DNA from: Okamejei kenojei
Lineage: Eukaryota
Direction of reading: 5' to 3'
NCBI GenBank assembly: GCA_035221665.1
Contig: CM069134.1
Coordinates: forward strand, 25,110,001-25,174,000
DNA: 64,000 nucleotides
The notes under the pieces are model-generated. The model did not search any database and was not told where the DNA came from. It saw only the letters and a program-made list of their open reading frames with translations. Of this stretch, positions 50,501 to 64,000 are shown one piece after another; the stretch's first letter is position 1; each line of letters begins with the position of its first letter. A program made the position numbers and the translations under genes.

Positions 50501-53500
50501 TAGGTTTTAGAGCTAATGTACTAAGTATTGTTTTAAGGCTCTTAGTAAGGTTAACTCTAAAAACTGTGTTTTTTTAATAGAGCTATTTTACAATCATATG
50601 TCTTAAAGGAGGTTGGAACAACTCCAGTGAAAATATTACAACATATTGTCCTGGAATCTTTCCTTGATAATGCATTTTTTTTGTAAGTGATGAATGCTCT
50701 TACAGGAAACAAAATAGGTATATGTTGATACATTGCATTTCAATTAAAAATTATATTGTGTAAATGAGTTCTTAGCCTTTCCTCATCGGCATAATATTTC
50801 CTATGGTTCCAGCATCATCATTATCTAATGAATGTTGCACACCAGCGCTGCAATCCCCACACACGTGAACACATACAAGATATTGGTACGCCAAACTCAC
50901 AACCACATTCAAACTTCGTCCAAGTGCTGAGGCCTACATTGCCATCTGGCCAATCAAGGCTTATTTATAAAATTGCAATATTTTCAACAAATTAAAAATC
51001 TGCCTTGACCTTATCTCTCCATCGTTTAAGCCGATGATACTCATCTCATGAGATCATCACACTTCCTTTGCCCTGACATGTGCGAGGGGGTGGAGTTGCA
51101 TATGTTCAGCTATCTAGATGCCAAGTTCTAGAATGCCCACTTCACCTCACTGTTTTGCTCCCCTCGAAAGTATTTGACAAAATTATTTATACGCAAAAAT
51201 ATTTGATTGCCTGCTATCAAGTCGATATCTATGACTGCACAACATCATGTCCAAACTTGCACTTGCAAACCATTACAACTGCAATACATTGTCTTGTAAA
51301 TAAGTTCTTCCTTTCTTTCTTCACCACTGTATAAAACATCTTGAAAAATTAAAAGAAACATAAACAGATTGAACCTTGATCAGTATGTGAGACAACTGGG
51401 ATGTTTTTGCTTGAAGATTGGTATTTTATACTCTGGGATTTTGGTTTTGTTGGTCAGGCAGCAGATTCTCCTGCACAGGCTTCGTTCTGGTGCCGTAAGT
51501 CATTTGCCCATCAATAAGTAAATGTTTTTTGAAGTACATCATTTTTGAAAAAGGGAACCACTCTTAAATAATGTGCCAATGACTTGCTTTTACGTTGTAA
51601 ACGGATGTGTGGACCACGTGTATAAAGTCTGGCAATCCAGATGGAAAGGTACTCTTTGCGAAAACTTGCAGTGATTGTTTCAAAGCTGACAACATTTCAA
51701 AGATTATTTCCGTGCACAGATAACAGAATGAAATGAATGGAGGGCAACTAACTAAATGATATTAAACTGTGAAAATTCCCAGTATTTAAGAAGGAACTGC
51801 AGATGCTGGAAAATCAAAGGTAGACACAAGTGCTGGAGAAGGGTTTCGGCCCGAAACGTTGCCTATTTCCTTCGCTCCAAATAGATGCTGCCGCACCCGC
51901 TGAGTTTCTCCAGCACTTTTGTCTTCCTTCAAAATTCCCAGCGTGTTGTTTTCATGGAGGAAGAAGCATCCTGGATTTCAAGAATAATTAAAACCCGTTT
52001 AACTGCGTGGACGGTTTGTGACGTTATGCAAACGCATTTGTTTATTTTGGCTTACAGTTAGTCCCATATCCGCTGCAATAAAATCATAAAACGCAGGTTG
52101 ACTTCTCACCTGATATGTCACCAGCATCCATGTACTCTCCATCTACTTGTCTACGCGAGTAATATAATCAGGATGTGCTGCACCTCACTCTCCTTTAAAT
52201 ACATTTGGTTCATAATTATTCTCTTCTAAGTACAGGTGGAAGGATCTGCGTGAACTCATTCGGGTCTACCCGGATAGAGCATAAACATCTATCCGATCCC
52301 GCATGACAGTTCCCTGAACAACTGTGTACAATTGTATGAAGAACGCCACGCGAAATGTCTGGGGTTCACTCCGACAGACCGTATGCGAACCTCTGTACTC
52401 CACGAGACTGAGTCGCCGGAGCTCAGCGCTGCAAACCCACAACCATATTTATTCTTCCTTCTATTCTGGGAACCGCGTGACGCAGTTTTTCTCAAATTAC
52501 GCATTCCGGTTACAGTATTTAATAGACTGGACAACATCTGGCGTCACACTCAATCACGGTCAGAACCAGAGCCGAGTTCCACCAATGTTTTAAGAATCGC
52601 GTTTGGCGTTTCTCGCTGCATATAGCGCCTGTTGCTTTGAGCTTTGGATCTGGAATGTTGTATGTTCTATTATTTGGCATCTCAATGAATGGAACCAATT
52701 TTTAGCGAAACTACAAGAGCTGCCGGATTCTTTTTGCAAATTAGTGTAGATGTCGGCAATATTCTCGGAGGGTACGCTAAGTGAGAAAGGGTTCCACTTT
52801 CACTTTTGCCTCTGCACATGGAAAAGTTAATTGTGTCATAAAATGAACCAACAAACGATTGCAAGAAACCCGGTTGAAATCGTTTCGTAAATGTTGGGAA
52901 CATTGACGTTTCCTAAAGGTGTAATATCCAGATTTACTGGAGAGTCTTGCATAACGTTTTTGAAAATTAATTGCACCATCGATGGCCGTGTAGGCATTCA
53001 GTTGCCTACACATACGATGAGTAATTATCTTGCGAAATAAAGTTTGCATATTGCTATTGATGAAAGAACTTGAAATTACCTTTTCTAAGAATTAAAACGA
53101 CATTCTATAGTTTGGTAACGCTGGGTGAGAATTCACCCACGGGCATCTCCCATTTCTCAGAACTGGAGTGAAACTCATCCTTAATCCCAAGGGACTATCC
53201 AAGTGAATCTTCTATTCATTCTCCAGTGGATTTCATATTCTGTACCCAGTCTCCAATATTTATTTCTAATTGTATCCATCCATCTTGTTAACTATCGTAT
53301 TCGCCCCCCCACCCCCACCCCCACCCCCCGCCCTTTTCTAAGGCAACCCATCCGGGGTGACCTCTCTTCCTTTCTCCTTTGTTATATCTTTGCAAAGTTA
53401 CCCTTCCACCCCCTCTCCATTCTTCCTGTTGATCTTTGCTATAATTCGCATTTCCAATGGTGTCTGCAAACAAACATTATTGCCGTTTAAACCTTAAATT

Positions 53501-55439
53501 TTAGCTGTTTAAAATAGTTGTGTTTAGTTTATCGTCTTTTTCCTCATTTGTTCTTTACGATACTCCTCCGACGACTGGTCTCCTTTTTTCGCTTCTGTGC
53601 ATTCTCATTTTTCCATCACACCTTCAAGTGATGTGTGCTCTCCTGATTATTTTTGCGCCAGGTTGTCATGACCCTGTCTCATTCACTGCGAACGGTTCCT
53701 TCAGTCACCCTTCCTTCGACTGCCACGCCTTCGTCTCAGTCGTTTCCTCTAGTGTTGGCCTCGCCTAGTTGGTGCGCCTGCCACCCAGCAATTCAATTTG
53801 TAGCAAGGGACTGCAGATGCTGGTTTACACCGAAGATAGACACAGAATGCTGGAGTAACTAACTCATTGGGACAGGCAACATCTCCGGAGAGAAGGAATG
53901 GGTGGTTTCAGGTCGAGACCCTTCTCCTTCCAGCCATCTTTTATTTTGCCTTTCTACCAATGCCAGATTCCCCAGATTCCCATATCAATATGTACAGTCT
54001 GTGTACCAACCTCTTCACCGATCTATTCAGACCATGCTTCACAGTTGCGCAGTGAGAGTGGGAAGGAGCGGGTACAAACAGTGGAGAGACAGATGGGAAT
54101 AGGGACTAGAGATCTGGGAATACTGGGGTGTGAGTAACAAGGGAGAGGAATAGACATGTAAGCTGGGGGGATAGGATGGGAACCTATCCCCCCCAGCTAC
54201 CATGGAAAAGTTAGGAAGAGATTGGGACAGGGGGCGGAGCAGTGATACGGGCAATTTAGAGAATGAGCTGTAGAGACTGGAGTGGACGGGGTGGGGGCAG
54301 TAACGGGACTGTAGATGGGGAGAGAGATAGCCAGATTGTAGGGGGTGGTAGGTCGTGGTTTGGAAACACAGGACAGAGATCTATGCTCAACCAAAGTATT
54401 TGGTAGACACAAAAAGCTGGTGTCTATCTTCGGTTTAAACATCATGTGCAGTTTTCCTCCACAAATTATTTAATATCGGTTCATCATTTTCCAGACTCCG
54501 GTCCTTGACTAATGAGGCCCCTTAGTCTCAGCGCCCACCCACTATCTGTGTTCAGTCCTCAGAAATCTCTATGCCAAATGGTCCTTTCCCCTTCCTCAAT
54601 CTCATGAGTTTGTCACCCCGTCTGCTTTCCCAATGTATCCATCCCTGCGCCCATCTCCCTCCTACCCCATAGGCTGTGCCAAGCTCCCATTTCCCCACAG
54701 CCCATGCCCGCCTCCCACAAGTTCCTATTCCCCACCAAGCACCCTCTTCTGTGCCACTGTCTGTCCCCGTCTCTCGTCCAGCCTCATCTCATGTCTCCGT
54801 GCGCATCTCTGTTTTATGTATCCAGCCCCCGCCCTACCACCCCCTACAACCTGGCCACCTCTCTCCCCATCTAAAGTCCCCATTCTGCCCCCATTCCAGT
54901 CTCTGCAGCTCACTCTCTTCAATCCCCGTGTCACGGCTCAGTCCCTTGAGCCAATCTCTTCCCATGTTTTCCCCAGTCCCGGTTTCCATCCTGTCCCCCC
55001 AGATTCCATGTCCATTTCACGCCTTTGTTGCTCATATACCAGTATTTCCCACTCTCCAGTCCCGATACCAACCAGTGATGGTGATTACACGTCAAGATAT
55101 AGATACAGACATAGGATGCCCATCTCTCCCTGGTCATTATACCGACCTCTCACCCCAGTGTATCAGCACCTGTATCTGACCCTCCCCATTACCTTCAACC
55201 ACGTTTTCACAATCGCTGTACCTACTTCCCACTCCACCTACTTAGCACAGCCTGCCCTGCACCTGCCTCTCCCCCATGTGTCCACCCCAGTCTCCAATGT
55301 ATGTGCCCAACCCCCTCCTTTCCCTTCTCTCCAGGCCGTTCCTGCGTCTCCCCCTCTCCAACGTGTCCAGCGGCTGTAGCTGCCTCTCTGTCTCCCCAGA
55401 CTCCCAGACTCTGTGCCCGCCTTCTCCCCGCTCTCTCCA

Positions 55440-56147
<708 letters not shown>

Positions 56148-56253
56148 TGATATTCAGAGAGAACGTGTTTCATGCAGACGGACAAGAGCGAGTTGAGGCT
56201 TTTCCCTCGCACTGTTGTATCGTCGCCGCCCGCGCTCTGCTGACACTGTGTGT

Positions 56254-56606
56254 GCACACACTCACTCTCACATTAACACTATCTCACACACACTCACTCT
56301 CACATTAACACTATCTCACACACATACACTCACAAACACACACACACACACTCACAAACACACACATACGATCACACACTCTCACAAACCCACACACTCA
56401 CACACATACTCTCACACACCCTCTCACATACACATGCTCACACACATACTCTCACACACCTCACACACATATACACACTCTCACACGCATACACACTCTC
56501 ACACGCATACACACTGACACACGCATACACACTGACACACATACACACACACACATATACACTCTCACACATATACACACACACACAAACACTCACACAC
56601 TCTCAC
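56254..56606. repeat. Degenerate (CA)n microsatellite in JPH1 intron 1
   Basis: Interrupted CA/CACT/CATA tract of about 350 bp. Confidence 0.95.
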
Positions 56607-58319
56607 TTATGCAGCACACACGCTGGGTGTGAACAGCCACACTTGCTCAGCACAAACATGCACACACACCGGGTGCAAACAGCTGCCTTTTGCTTCATGA
56701 CAAGACGTCCATCTCCGCGCCCGCCGCCCGCCCGTCCACACGGACAGGGACCTCAGCCGCAGACGCGCCGAGTGGATCAGGAGAGCTGACGAACCGTCAA
56801 GCAGCATTCTTGCAGCTTGGTGAAGTTCTGGAGCGCCGAGTGTGGGGGTGGGTGGCGTTCAGCTCGCCCGCACCCATAGTGCAACGTTTGAGAAGTGTTC
56901 ACTATTTAAGAACAGTTGATTATCTATTACACACATGCAAAACAGTGGTTTTATATTTGGGAAGATGCTGCACCCTTTAACTCACAAGCGAACGCACGAA
57001 GCTGGAATATTTTTGGAAGGCTTTTCAACGCAATCTTCAATATATTTACTCTACGCCAATAATGAGGTCGTTTCTTGAGAATTTTGCCTATTTTATATAG
57101 TCAAATAAATAGGCTGGGAAATATCCAAATAGATCTAAAATCGTATCCATTGAGTTCAAGAAGTCAAATTTAGGAATATATGTTTTCTCTTTTGCTCCCT
57201 AACATTACTATGGTGCAGAACAACGTAAGGAGTGCGATCAGGGGAGTGCTTGCAAGCCCTCGATCACATTTCTTTTAAAGAAATAGCACAGTTTGAGGCT
57301 ACCAGGAAATGGTAGTCAAATACTGTAACAGATGTCCAGATCCATGTAAACCATCTATAGCAACAGCTGAGAGAAGGATAAAGGGACTAAAGTGTATGTT
57401 GGTGACCAGTCGCCTTTATGAAGTGCTGGAAACATATGGGTGAAGAAGCTAAAGACATTCTCTTCACTGTGTCATCAACCCTGTGGCATAAAGATTAGTA
57501 TAAGAGACACTGAATATTACCTTTAATGAATTTGTACTTTGTTAATTATTGGTAATTAATTTCTGTTTGTTCACAAGAACACAGATATGATTTTAAATTC
57601 TTAAAAGTAGCACACAATTTTACTGGAAAAGTAAATATTTTAAGAAATTATTTATTACAGTCCATTAGATTTGGGCAATTAATCTTCTTTTAACATTTTT
57701 ATGCAGTGACTTTGTATTTAACCATTCTGTCTCCGTTGTCTTGCCCAGCCTTCCCCGGTAACATCTACACTGTGACTCCTTGGTCCACTCCTAGTGTCAG
57801 GGCCCTTCATTTGTCATCATGTGTAAGAAATGTTGCATAAAACAAGATATTGTTACAGCTTCTGAAATGGCATATACATTTATCAAATCAATGTTGCCAC
57901 AGGATTGGTTTAACCAGTGGACAGTCCTGGGTCTTATTTGACATTTCATATATGCATAATGATTATTGTGAACAGCATTTCTGTTGGAGTGATTCCAGAA
58001 GAGAGAGTGCTTGCAGTATTGAATTCATGTATACAATTACAATGGAATATTACAGGAAAGCAAGCTAAAATTGTGCACAGCTAATTTCAAATAGTATCTT
58101 CAGTTGTCACCAAATCAAGAATGGTTGCATATAAAATTGCACTGATTTCAAATTGGTTCCCAGGCAACTTCTTGTAATAGTACATTGTTGTACTTCATTC
58201 TCACGAAGATGATTTTCAGACATATGTATAATGAAAAGAAAATGTGGTTATTTTTCATGATTAATTTGTAACATAAGGTGATTGTAGGAAAAGGCACAGT
58301 TTGAATAGAGCATATTATA

Positions 58320-59155
58320 GTTTTTAGTTTACCGAGTTATAAAGATGAGCATTTTTATTGTGTGCCATCCAGTCACCAGAAAGACTATACATGATTAAAA
58401 TCAAACCGTGCTTGGTGTACAGATACAAGTTAAAGGGAATAATGTTCAGTGCAACATAAAGTCCAGTAAATTCCGATAAAATATATTCTGAGGGTCTCCA
58501 ATGAGGAGGTGGTAGGTCAGGACCACTCTCTAGTTGGTGATAGGATGATAAACTTATCTGATAACAGCTGAGAAGAAACTGTCCCTGGATCTGGAGGAGG
58601 TGTGTGTTTTCATACTCCTGTACCTCTTGCCTGATTGGAGAGGGGAGAAGAGGGAGTGTCCAGGATAAGACTGGTCCTTGATTAGGATGGTGGTCTTGCC
58701 AAGGCAGCATGAAGTGCAGATGGAGTCAATGGGAGTGAGGTTAGTTTGCACTATGGTCTGAGCTGCGTCCACAATTCTCTGCAATTTCTGTCGGTCTTGG
58801 ATGGATCAGTTCCCAAACCTGCTGTGCTGCATCTCGATAAAATGCTTTCTATGGCGCATCTGTAGACGTTGGTGAGACTTGTTGGAGACATGCTGAACTT
58901 CCTGAGCCTTCTAAGGAAGTAGAGGTGTTGGCCGTTGCTTCAATATGGCTGGTCGAGGACAAGTTGCTGGTGATATTTACTCCTAGGAACTTGAAGATTT
59001 CAACCATCCCTACTTTGGTGCTATCAGTGTATACCAGGTACGTTTACCACTTCGCTTCCTGAAGTCAATCACAGTCTCCATTGTCTTGCTGCCATTTAGG
59101 GAAAGGTTGTCTTCTTGGCATCAGCTTACGAGGTTGTCAATCTCCTTCCTGTAAG
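58320..59155 (-). mobile_element. Rex1/Babar-like LINE 3' fragment
   Basis: QRIVDAAQTIVQTNL..YPGHSLFSPLQSGKRYRSMKT..RSRDSFFSAVIR. Confidence 0.85.
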
Positions 59156-59344
59156 TCTTCTCCTCAGGATATGAAAGTTACCTGTTGTGTACACATATAT
59201 AATTGGGACATTTATTTCATTTCCATTTCAAAGACCAAAACGACATTTGGCTATAACAGCATTTAAATTGTAATTCATCTACAGTCAGGATCAAGACATA
59301 CCATACAGCTCAACAATTAAATATTGTGCTGTATGAGTCTGCAT

Positions 59345-59745
59345 CCTTTGGGCTTGAACATTGAATTTTCTCAATTCTGTTAACCCTTGCTGTCTCCTCC
59401 CCTTCCCACCTCTCCCTCAGCCCTCGGGACCTGGCATTCCCTCTATCTCTATCTCCCTCCCCCACCCTAGTTGCACTAGCTTCTCATTTTCACACCACAA
59501 ACAGCTTACAATGGCTTGTTCCCTTTATCATCGATACTTTTTTGCATATCTTTCATTCATTGTTCTTTATCTCTCCACATCACCGTCTATATCTCTCGTT
59601 TCCCTGATCCCTGACCAGTCTGAAGAAGGGTCTCGACCCGAAACGTCGCCTATCTCCTTCGCTCCTTAGATGCTGCTGCACCCGCTGAGTTTCTCCAGCT
59701 TTTTGTGTAACCCTCGATTCTCCAGCATCTGCAGTTCCTTCTTTA
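59345..59745 (+). mobile_element. Penelope-like element 3' end / terminal repeat with hammerhead-like core
   Basis: Reverse-complement homologue of 27075-27800; contains CTGAAGAAGGGTCTCGACCCGAAACGTC at 59620-59647. Confidence 0.75.
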
Positions 59746-59829
59746 ACAATTAAATGTGTTGCCCCAAGCACATGTATTGAACCATGCAAAATAGGATATC
59801 TGGATTGTTGTCAGCTACTTAACAGAGTT

Positions 59830-60285
59830 AGATGGAGTCATACACCATGGACACAGACCATGTGACCCAACTCGTTCATGCTGACCAAGATACCACATTT
59901 AAGTTAGTTCCATTTGTCTGCATTTGGCCCAGATCCCTCTATAAACCTCTTTCCTATCTGTCTGCCTGTCCAAATGACTTTTGTATGTTGTTATTGTACC
60001 TGCATCTGACAGGCCATTCCATATACCCACCACCCTCTGTGTGGAAACAGTTGCCCATCAAGATCCGATTACATCCTATCTTATCCTTTGCCCTCCAGTT
60101 CTTGATTCAACTCCCCTGAGAAAAAAATATATATGCATTCTGCCTATCTATTGCCATCATGATTTTATTCACCTCTATAAGAGCACCCCTCAGCCTCTTG
60201 TGCTGAAAGGAATAAAGTCCTATCCCAACCAACTTCTCCTCATAACTCAGTCCTCCCAGTTCGGTCAATAACTTTGTAAATGGGA
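59830..60285 (-). mobile_element. Decayed CR1 LINE 3' fragment
   Basis: Similar to 18720-19200. Confidence 0.75.
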
Positions 60286-62719
60286 ATGGTTAGATTTCTT
60301 ATAAAAAATGATACAATACACCCCAGTGTTCCTCAGTTAGTGAGCAAAAGATAATTATTTTAATTCCTAGATGATATATTGAAATATCTGATGGAAACTT
60401 CATGTATTCATACCAGAATCAGCATATTTGTTTGGTTTGGTAACTTGCTGGCACTGATAGTCTGAGCCTAATAGGGGGAATATCAAACATGTTTTGGAGC
60501 AATGAAAATGTCCATGGAACTGCCATGTGAGCCTCTGCCGAGAGGAGAAGAGACACAATTGAATAAAATAGATTCAGTGGAATGGTTGGGGATTTTTATT
60601 TTGAAACCCAAAGCTAGAGAAATTATCAGTGATGGCAATAAAAAATCATGCATGCTCCACAGTTTTTTAATAAAGAAGGCTAATATTAATACACAATACA
60701 GCTGTCTGGGTGAAGCCATGCAACAGCTTAGATCTTCCATGAAGAGCAATATAAATCATACTGTTCCTTCAGGTGCTGAAATATTTAAAAAAAAGTTAAC
60801 CTAACATTGATCTTTTAATGTAAGTATTGTGAAATAAAATTATGAACATTGTTCATTTGGATGTAGATATTAAGCTGTTTTGTCACTCGCCTACTAATGG
60901 AAAGGACGGGAGTGTATCGAGGTGGTTGAGAGTAATAAGATCATCAACTAAAAATAGTTTTCTAACTTACCAACGCATGTCATCATTGACCAAAATACGC
61001 AACCTGGGAGCAGAGAACTGAATATGACATTTAAAAGCACTCTCGAGCATAATGTGTATCACAGCAAAGCAAAATTAGATAAGGATTTAAGCAGCCACTG
61101 CACTGAAATCGAAAAGCTGCATGCAACTGTAGCCGAAAAATATTGATGGCTTTGGAAATGATTCACAAAGACCACTTCCACAAAACTTGATTTGGGAAAG
61201 TTGACAAGGAATTCTGTTATTTAACATCAGTGCTTGTATTGTTAAATTAAAGAAATGCACTGTCCAAAGTGGAACGCTTGTTATGGAAATTGACTTAAAT
61301 GTTCTGATCCTGCGTTAGTGGAGGAATAACTTTTTATTCTATGTCTATATTTATAAAAGTGGGTAATTTTGCTTACTTTGATTTTTGACAGATTTCGGAC
61401 CAGGATTAATATTAAGAGCACATTTCTATCCTTTTCAGTGGAGAATTTGAATTAATTTGGAATTTGAAATTTTCTGATCAATGTTATTGTTATTCTTCCA
61501 TGTTAATGTAGTTACTTTCAAATTGGGACCGAGGGATATGTTACAGCAAAGTATAATTTTTAAATCATTCATTCATTGAAGGTTAGATCTTGAAGCTTAC
61601 ACCCAACATTTTTATTGGTGTGATACAGCTAATTACTCCATGGTACATTCCCAGCCTTGATGTAGGTCACCATGATGTTGACCAGTTGATTTTCCTTTTG
61701 AGAGGATATTAAATAGGCACATATTGCAATTGCTCGCCATACGTTGTTTGGTAATCCAGTCTTTAAAGCAAATGAATATTTTTGTCTTATCTGATCTCAG
61801 GCAAAGCTACAAAATCAATGTTGCCATGGAAACAGGACTTCTTTGCTTTAGGCTATTTGTACTAATGCTTTGTTTTAAAGGGTTGAGTTTTAGAAAACAC
61901 TTCTTTAGGGGAGAAATTCAGTGTAAATAATAGATTTCTGATTATATTGTAATTGTTGTGTTAATAAAGATTACTGTCAGAAAAAAACCCATTCTGGATA
62001 CAATTGCTTGATAAAATAAGAAGGCTGGATTTCCAGTCAGGCAAACATCTGAAAAGTTTTTTGCATGGTAATTAATATTTTATGACCTTAATAAAAATAA
62101 TATCAGTTGCAGTTATAATGTAGAATGGTATTTCATATTCTGCAAAAATAATTTTCAATAGGGAAGACTATATTGGGTCTTATGTGAAATTTCTAAATGA
62201 GGCTTTGCACTAAATCATTAGACATTGAAAACAACTCATTGAAAATAATCTCTTACTTTCTCCAAATTATTTGTAAAATAACTTTTTGTTCCATCTTAAA
62301 AATCAGACTTAAACTAATAACTTTAAATTCTTGAAATGTAAAATTGTACAGAACCAGCAATGCATTTGCAGATTGGAAAACCATATATTTGTTGCAGTGG
62401 CATATTAATCTGCATTTTAAGTTTACTCTAATAAATACAGTCATTTTTTTTTCCAGAGAAGCAAGGTTTTCTTGTCACACATGCAAGCACTTGTTAAATT
62501 TGGTTCTCAACAACTGAGCTCCACAGTTAAGTCATACGAATTAAACAAATTAGCAGCAGGTTCAAAATACTCCTCGGAAAAGATATGTGATTAAAATAAG
62601 AACAGGATAACATCCTATGTTTGCAATGTTATCTAACGAGCCAGTTGCTATCTACATCCTTACAGTGGACAAGTAGGAGAACGTCACTCCCATAACTTCA
62701 GTTGCATTGAAGCAATTAG

Positions 62720-63063
62720 TGTGATACAGTGTGGAAACAGACCCTTCGGCCCAACTTGCCCACACCGGCCCACAATGTCCCAGCTACAATAGTCCCACTT
62801 GCCGGCGCCTGGTCCATCTCTCCAAACCAGTCTTATCCATGTACGTGTCTAACTGTTTCTTAAACGTTGGGATAGTCGCAGCCTCCTCTGGCCTAGCTTG
62901 CTCCGTACACCCACCAACCTTTGTGTGAAAAAGTTACCCCTCGGATTCCTGTTAAATCTTTTCCCCTTCACCTTGAACCTATGTCCTCTGCTCCTCGATT
63001 CCGCTACTCTGGGCAAGAGACTCTGTGCATCTACCCGATACATTCCTCTCATGATTTTGTACA
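62720..63063 (-). mobile_element. CR1 LINE 3' fragment
   Basis: YKIMRGMYRVDAQSLLPRVAESRSRGHRFKVKGKRFNRNPRGNFFTQR. Confidence 0.9.
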
Positions 63064-64000
63064 ATTCTTGGCAAACGGTATCTCTTTCAGTATTTAGTTG
63101 AGACCAGCAACATGCGCACATATATAGTGCCTTTAATATAATAAAATGATCAAACACATTTGTCAAGGGCATGCTTGGAGATCAAATCAAAGAAGGGTGT
63201 GAATGCTGGAATTGTAAAAAGCTTGATCAAAATTGTGCTTTTTAGCTGAAATCTTAAAAAGAGGAGGTGTAGGTACAGGCATAATGAAAATAATTCCAAC
63301 AAGAGGAATACTGGAGAGTAGAAGGCATGGCTGTCATTGTGTTATTCTGGAGAAATAAAAGTCAGTGTATGGCCCTAGACGGTAGCAGGCATGGCTATTG
63401 GGAGAGTCTGGGGGTGTTGAAGATGCACAGGACAATTTCAGCAACAAATAGGCTGAGGTTTGGAATGAAGGAAGATAATATCCAATAGATGGAAGTAAGT
63501 TTTTGTGGTGCAGGGACTATAGGGCTGAATTTTAGGTGTGCAAAGAACAGCAAAGGTATAAATATGTCGGAAGGAACTGCAGATGTGGGGTTAAACTGAA
63601 AATAAATACAAAATGCTGGAGTATTTCAGCAGACAGGCAGCATCTCTGGAGAGAAGGAATGGGTCGAAGGTTTAAATAGTTTGGTTGCACCCGAGGTCAT
63701 AACTAGCAAATAATTTGGAATTAGTGATGGACCTAGAACAACTCCTACAATCTTTTCAATGTTTGACTGTAGGAAACTATAGATCATCCCAGAGTGGATG
63801 ATGAGGAAGTGGTTTCACATTAGAAGGGGGTGAGGTCAGCTTGCACATGAGAGTATCTTTTTGGACAAATCACCAGCAGGCAGAATGTAAAAGACAACAA
63901 AGAGGAAACTGAAGATAGATGTTTGGGAATGTAGAGGATGAGACTTTAGATGCCATTGTAGATTGAATTACAGGTTGCAGAGAAATTGCTGGAATTTGAA

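Noticed and set aside
54633-55379. 248-aa Pro/Ser-rich ORF
   Set aside because: Product of C/T-rich low-complexity DNA that lacks stop codons; no domain is recognisable.
56215-56517. His/Thr-rich ORF
   Set aside because: Translation of a CA microsatellite.

Overview
Eukaryotic (vertebrate) genomic DNA; the repeat families suggest a cartilaginous fish such as a skate or ray (inference). Two host genes lie head-to-head. GDAP1 is complete on the minus strand (6 coding exons, 26051->9945, all GT-AG introns, 1065 nt = 354 aa + stop). Only the first coding exon of JPH1 (55647-56025, plus strand) is present; exon 2 is not seen in the window. Most of the rest is transposon-derived: a four-level nest at 1-8112 (Gypsy > L1 > CR1 > near-intact CR1), many CR1 and Rex1/Babar-like LINE fragments, Penelope-like remnants carrying hammerhead-ribozyme-like cores, three PIF/Harbinger-type MITEs, two THAP-bearing ISL2EU-like DNA transposon derivatives, and a full-length chromodomain-bearing Gypsy element (41615-47527) inside a block that looks like unpolished, indel-rich assembly. 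I found no CRISPR array, rRNA or tRNA gene, and no clear novel multi-gene system. The best leads are the element with two inward-facing THAP starts, the ribozyme-like cores, the GDAP1L1-like short tail of GDAP1, and an uORF overlapping the JPH1 start.
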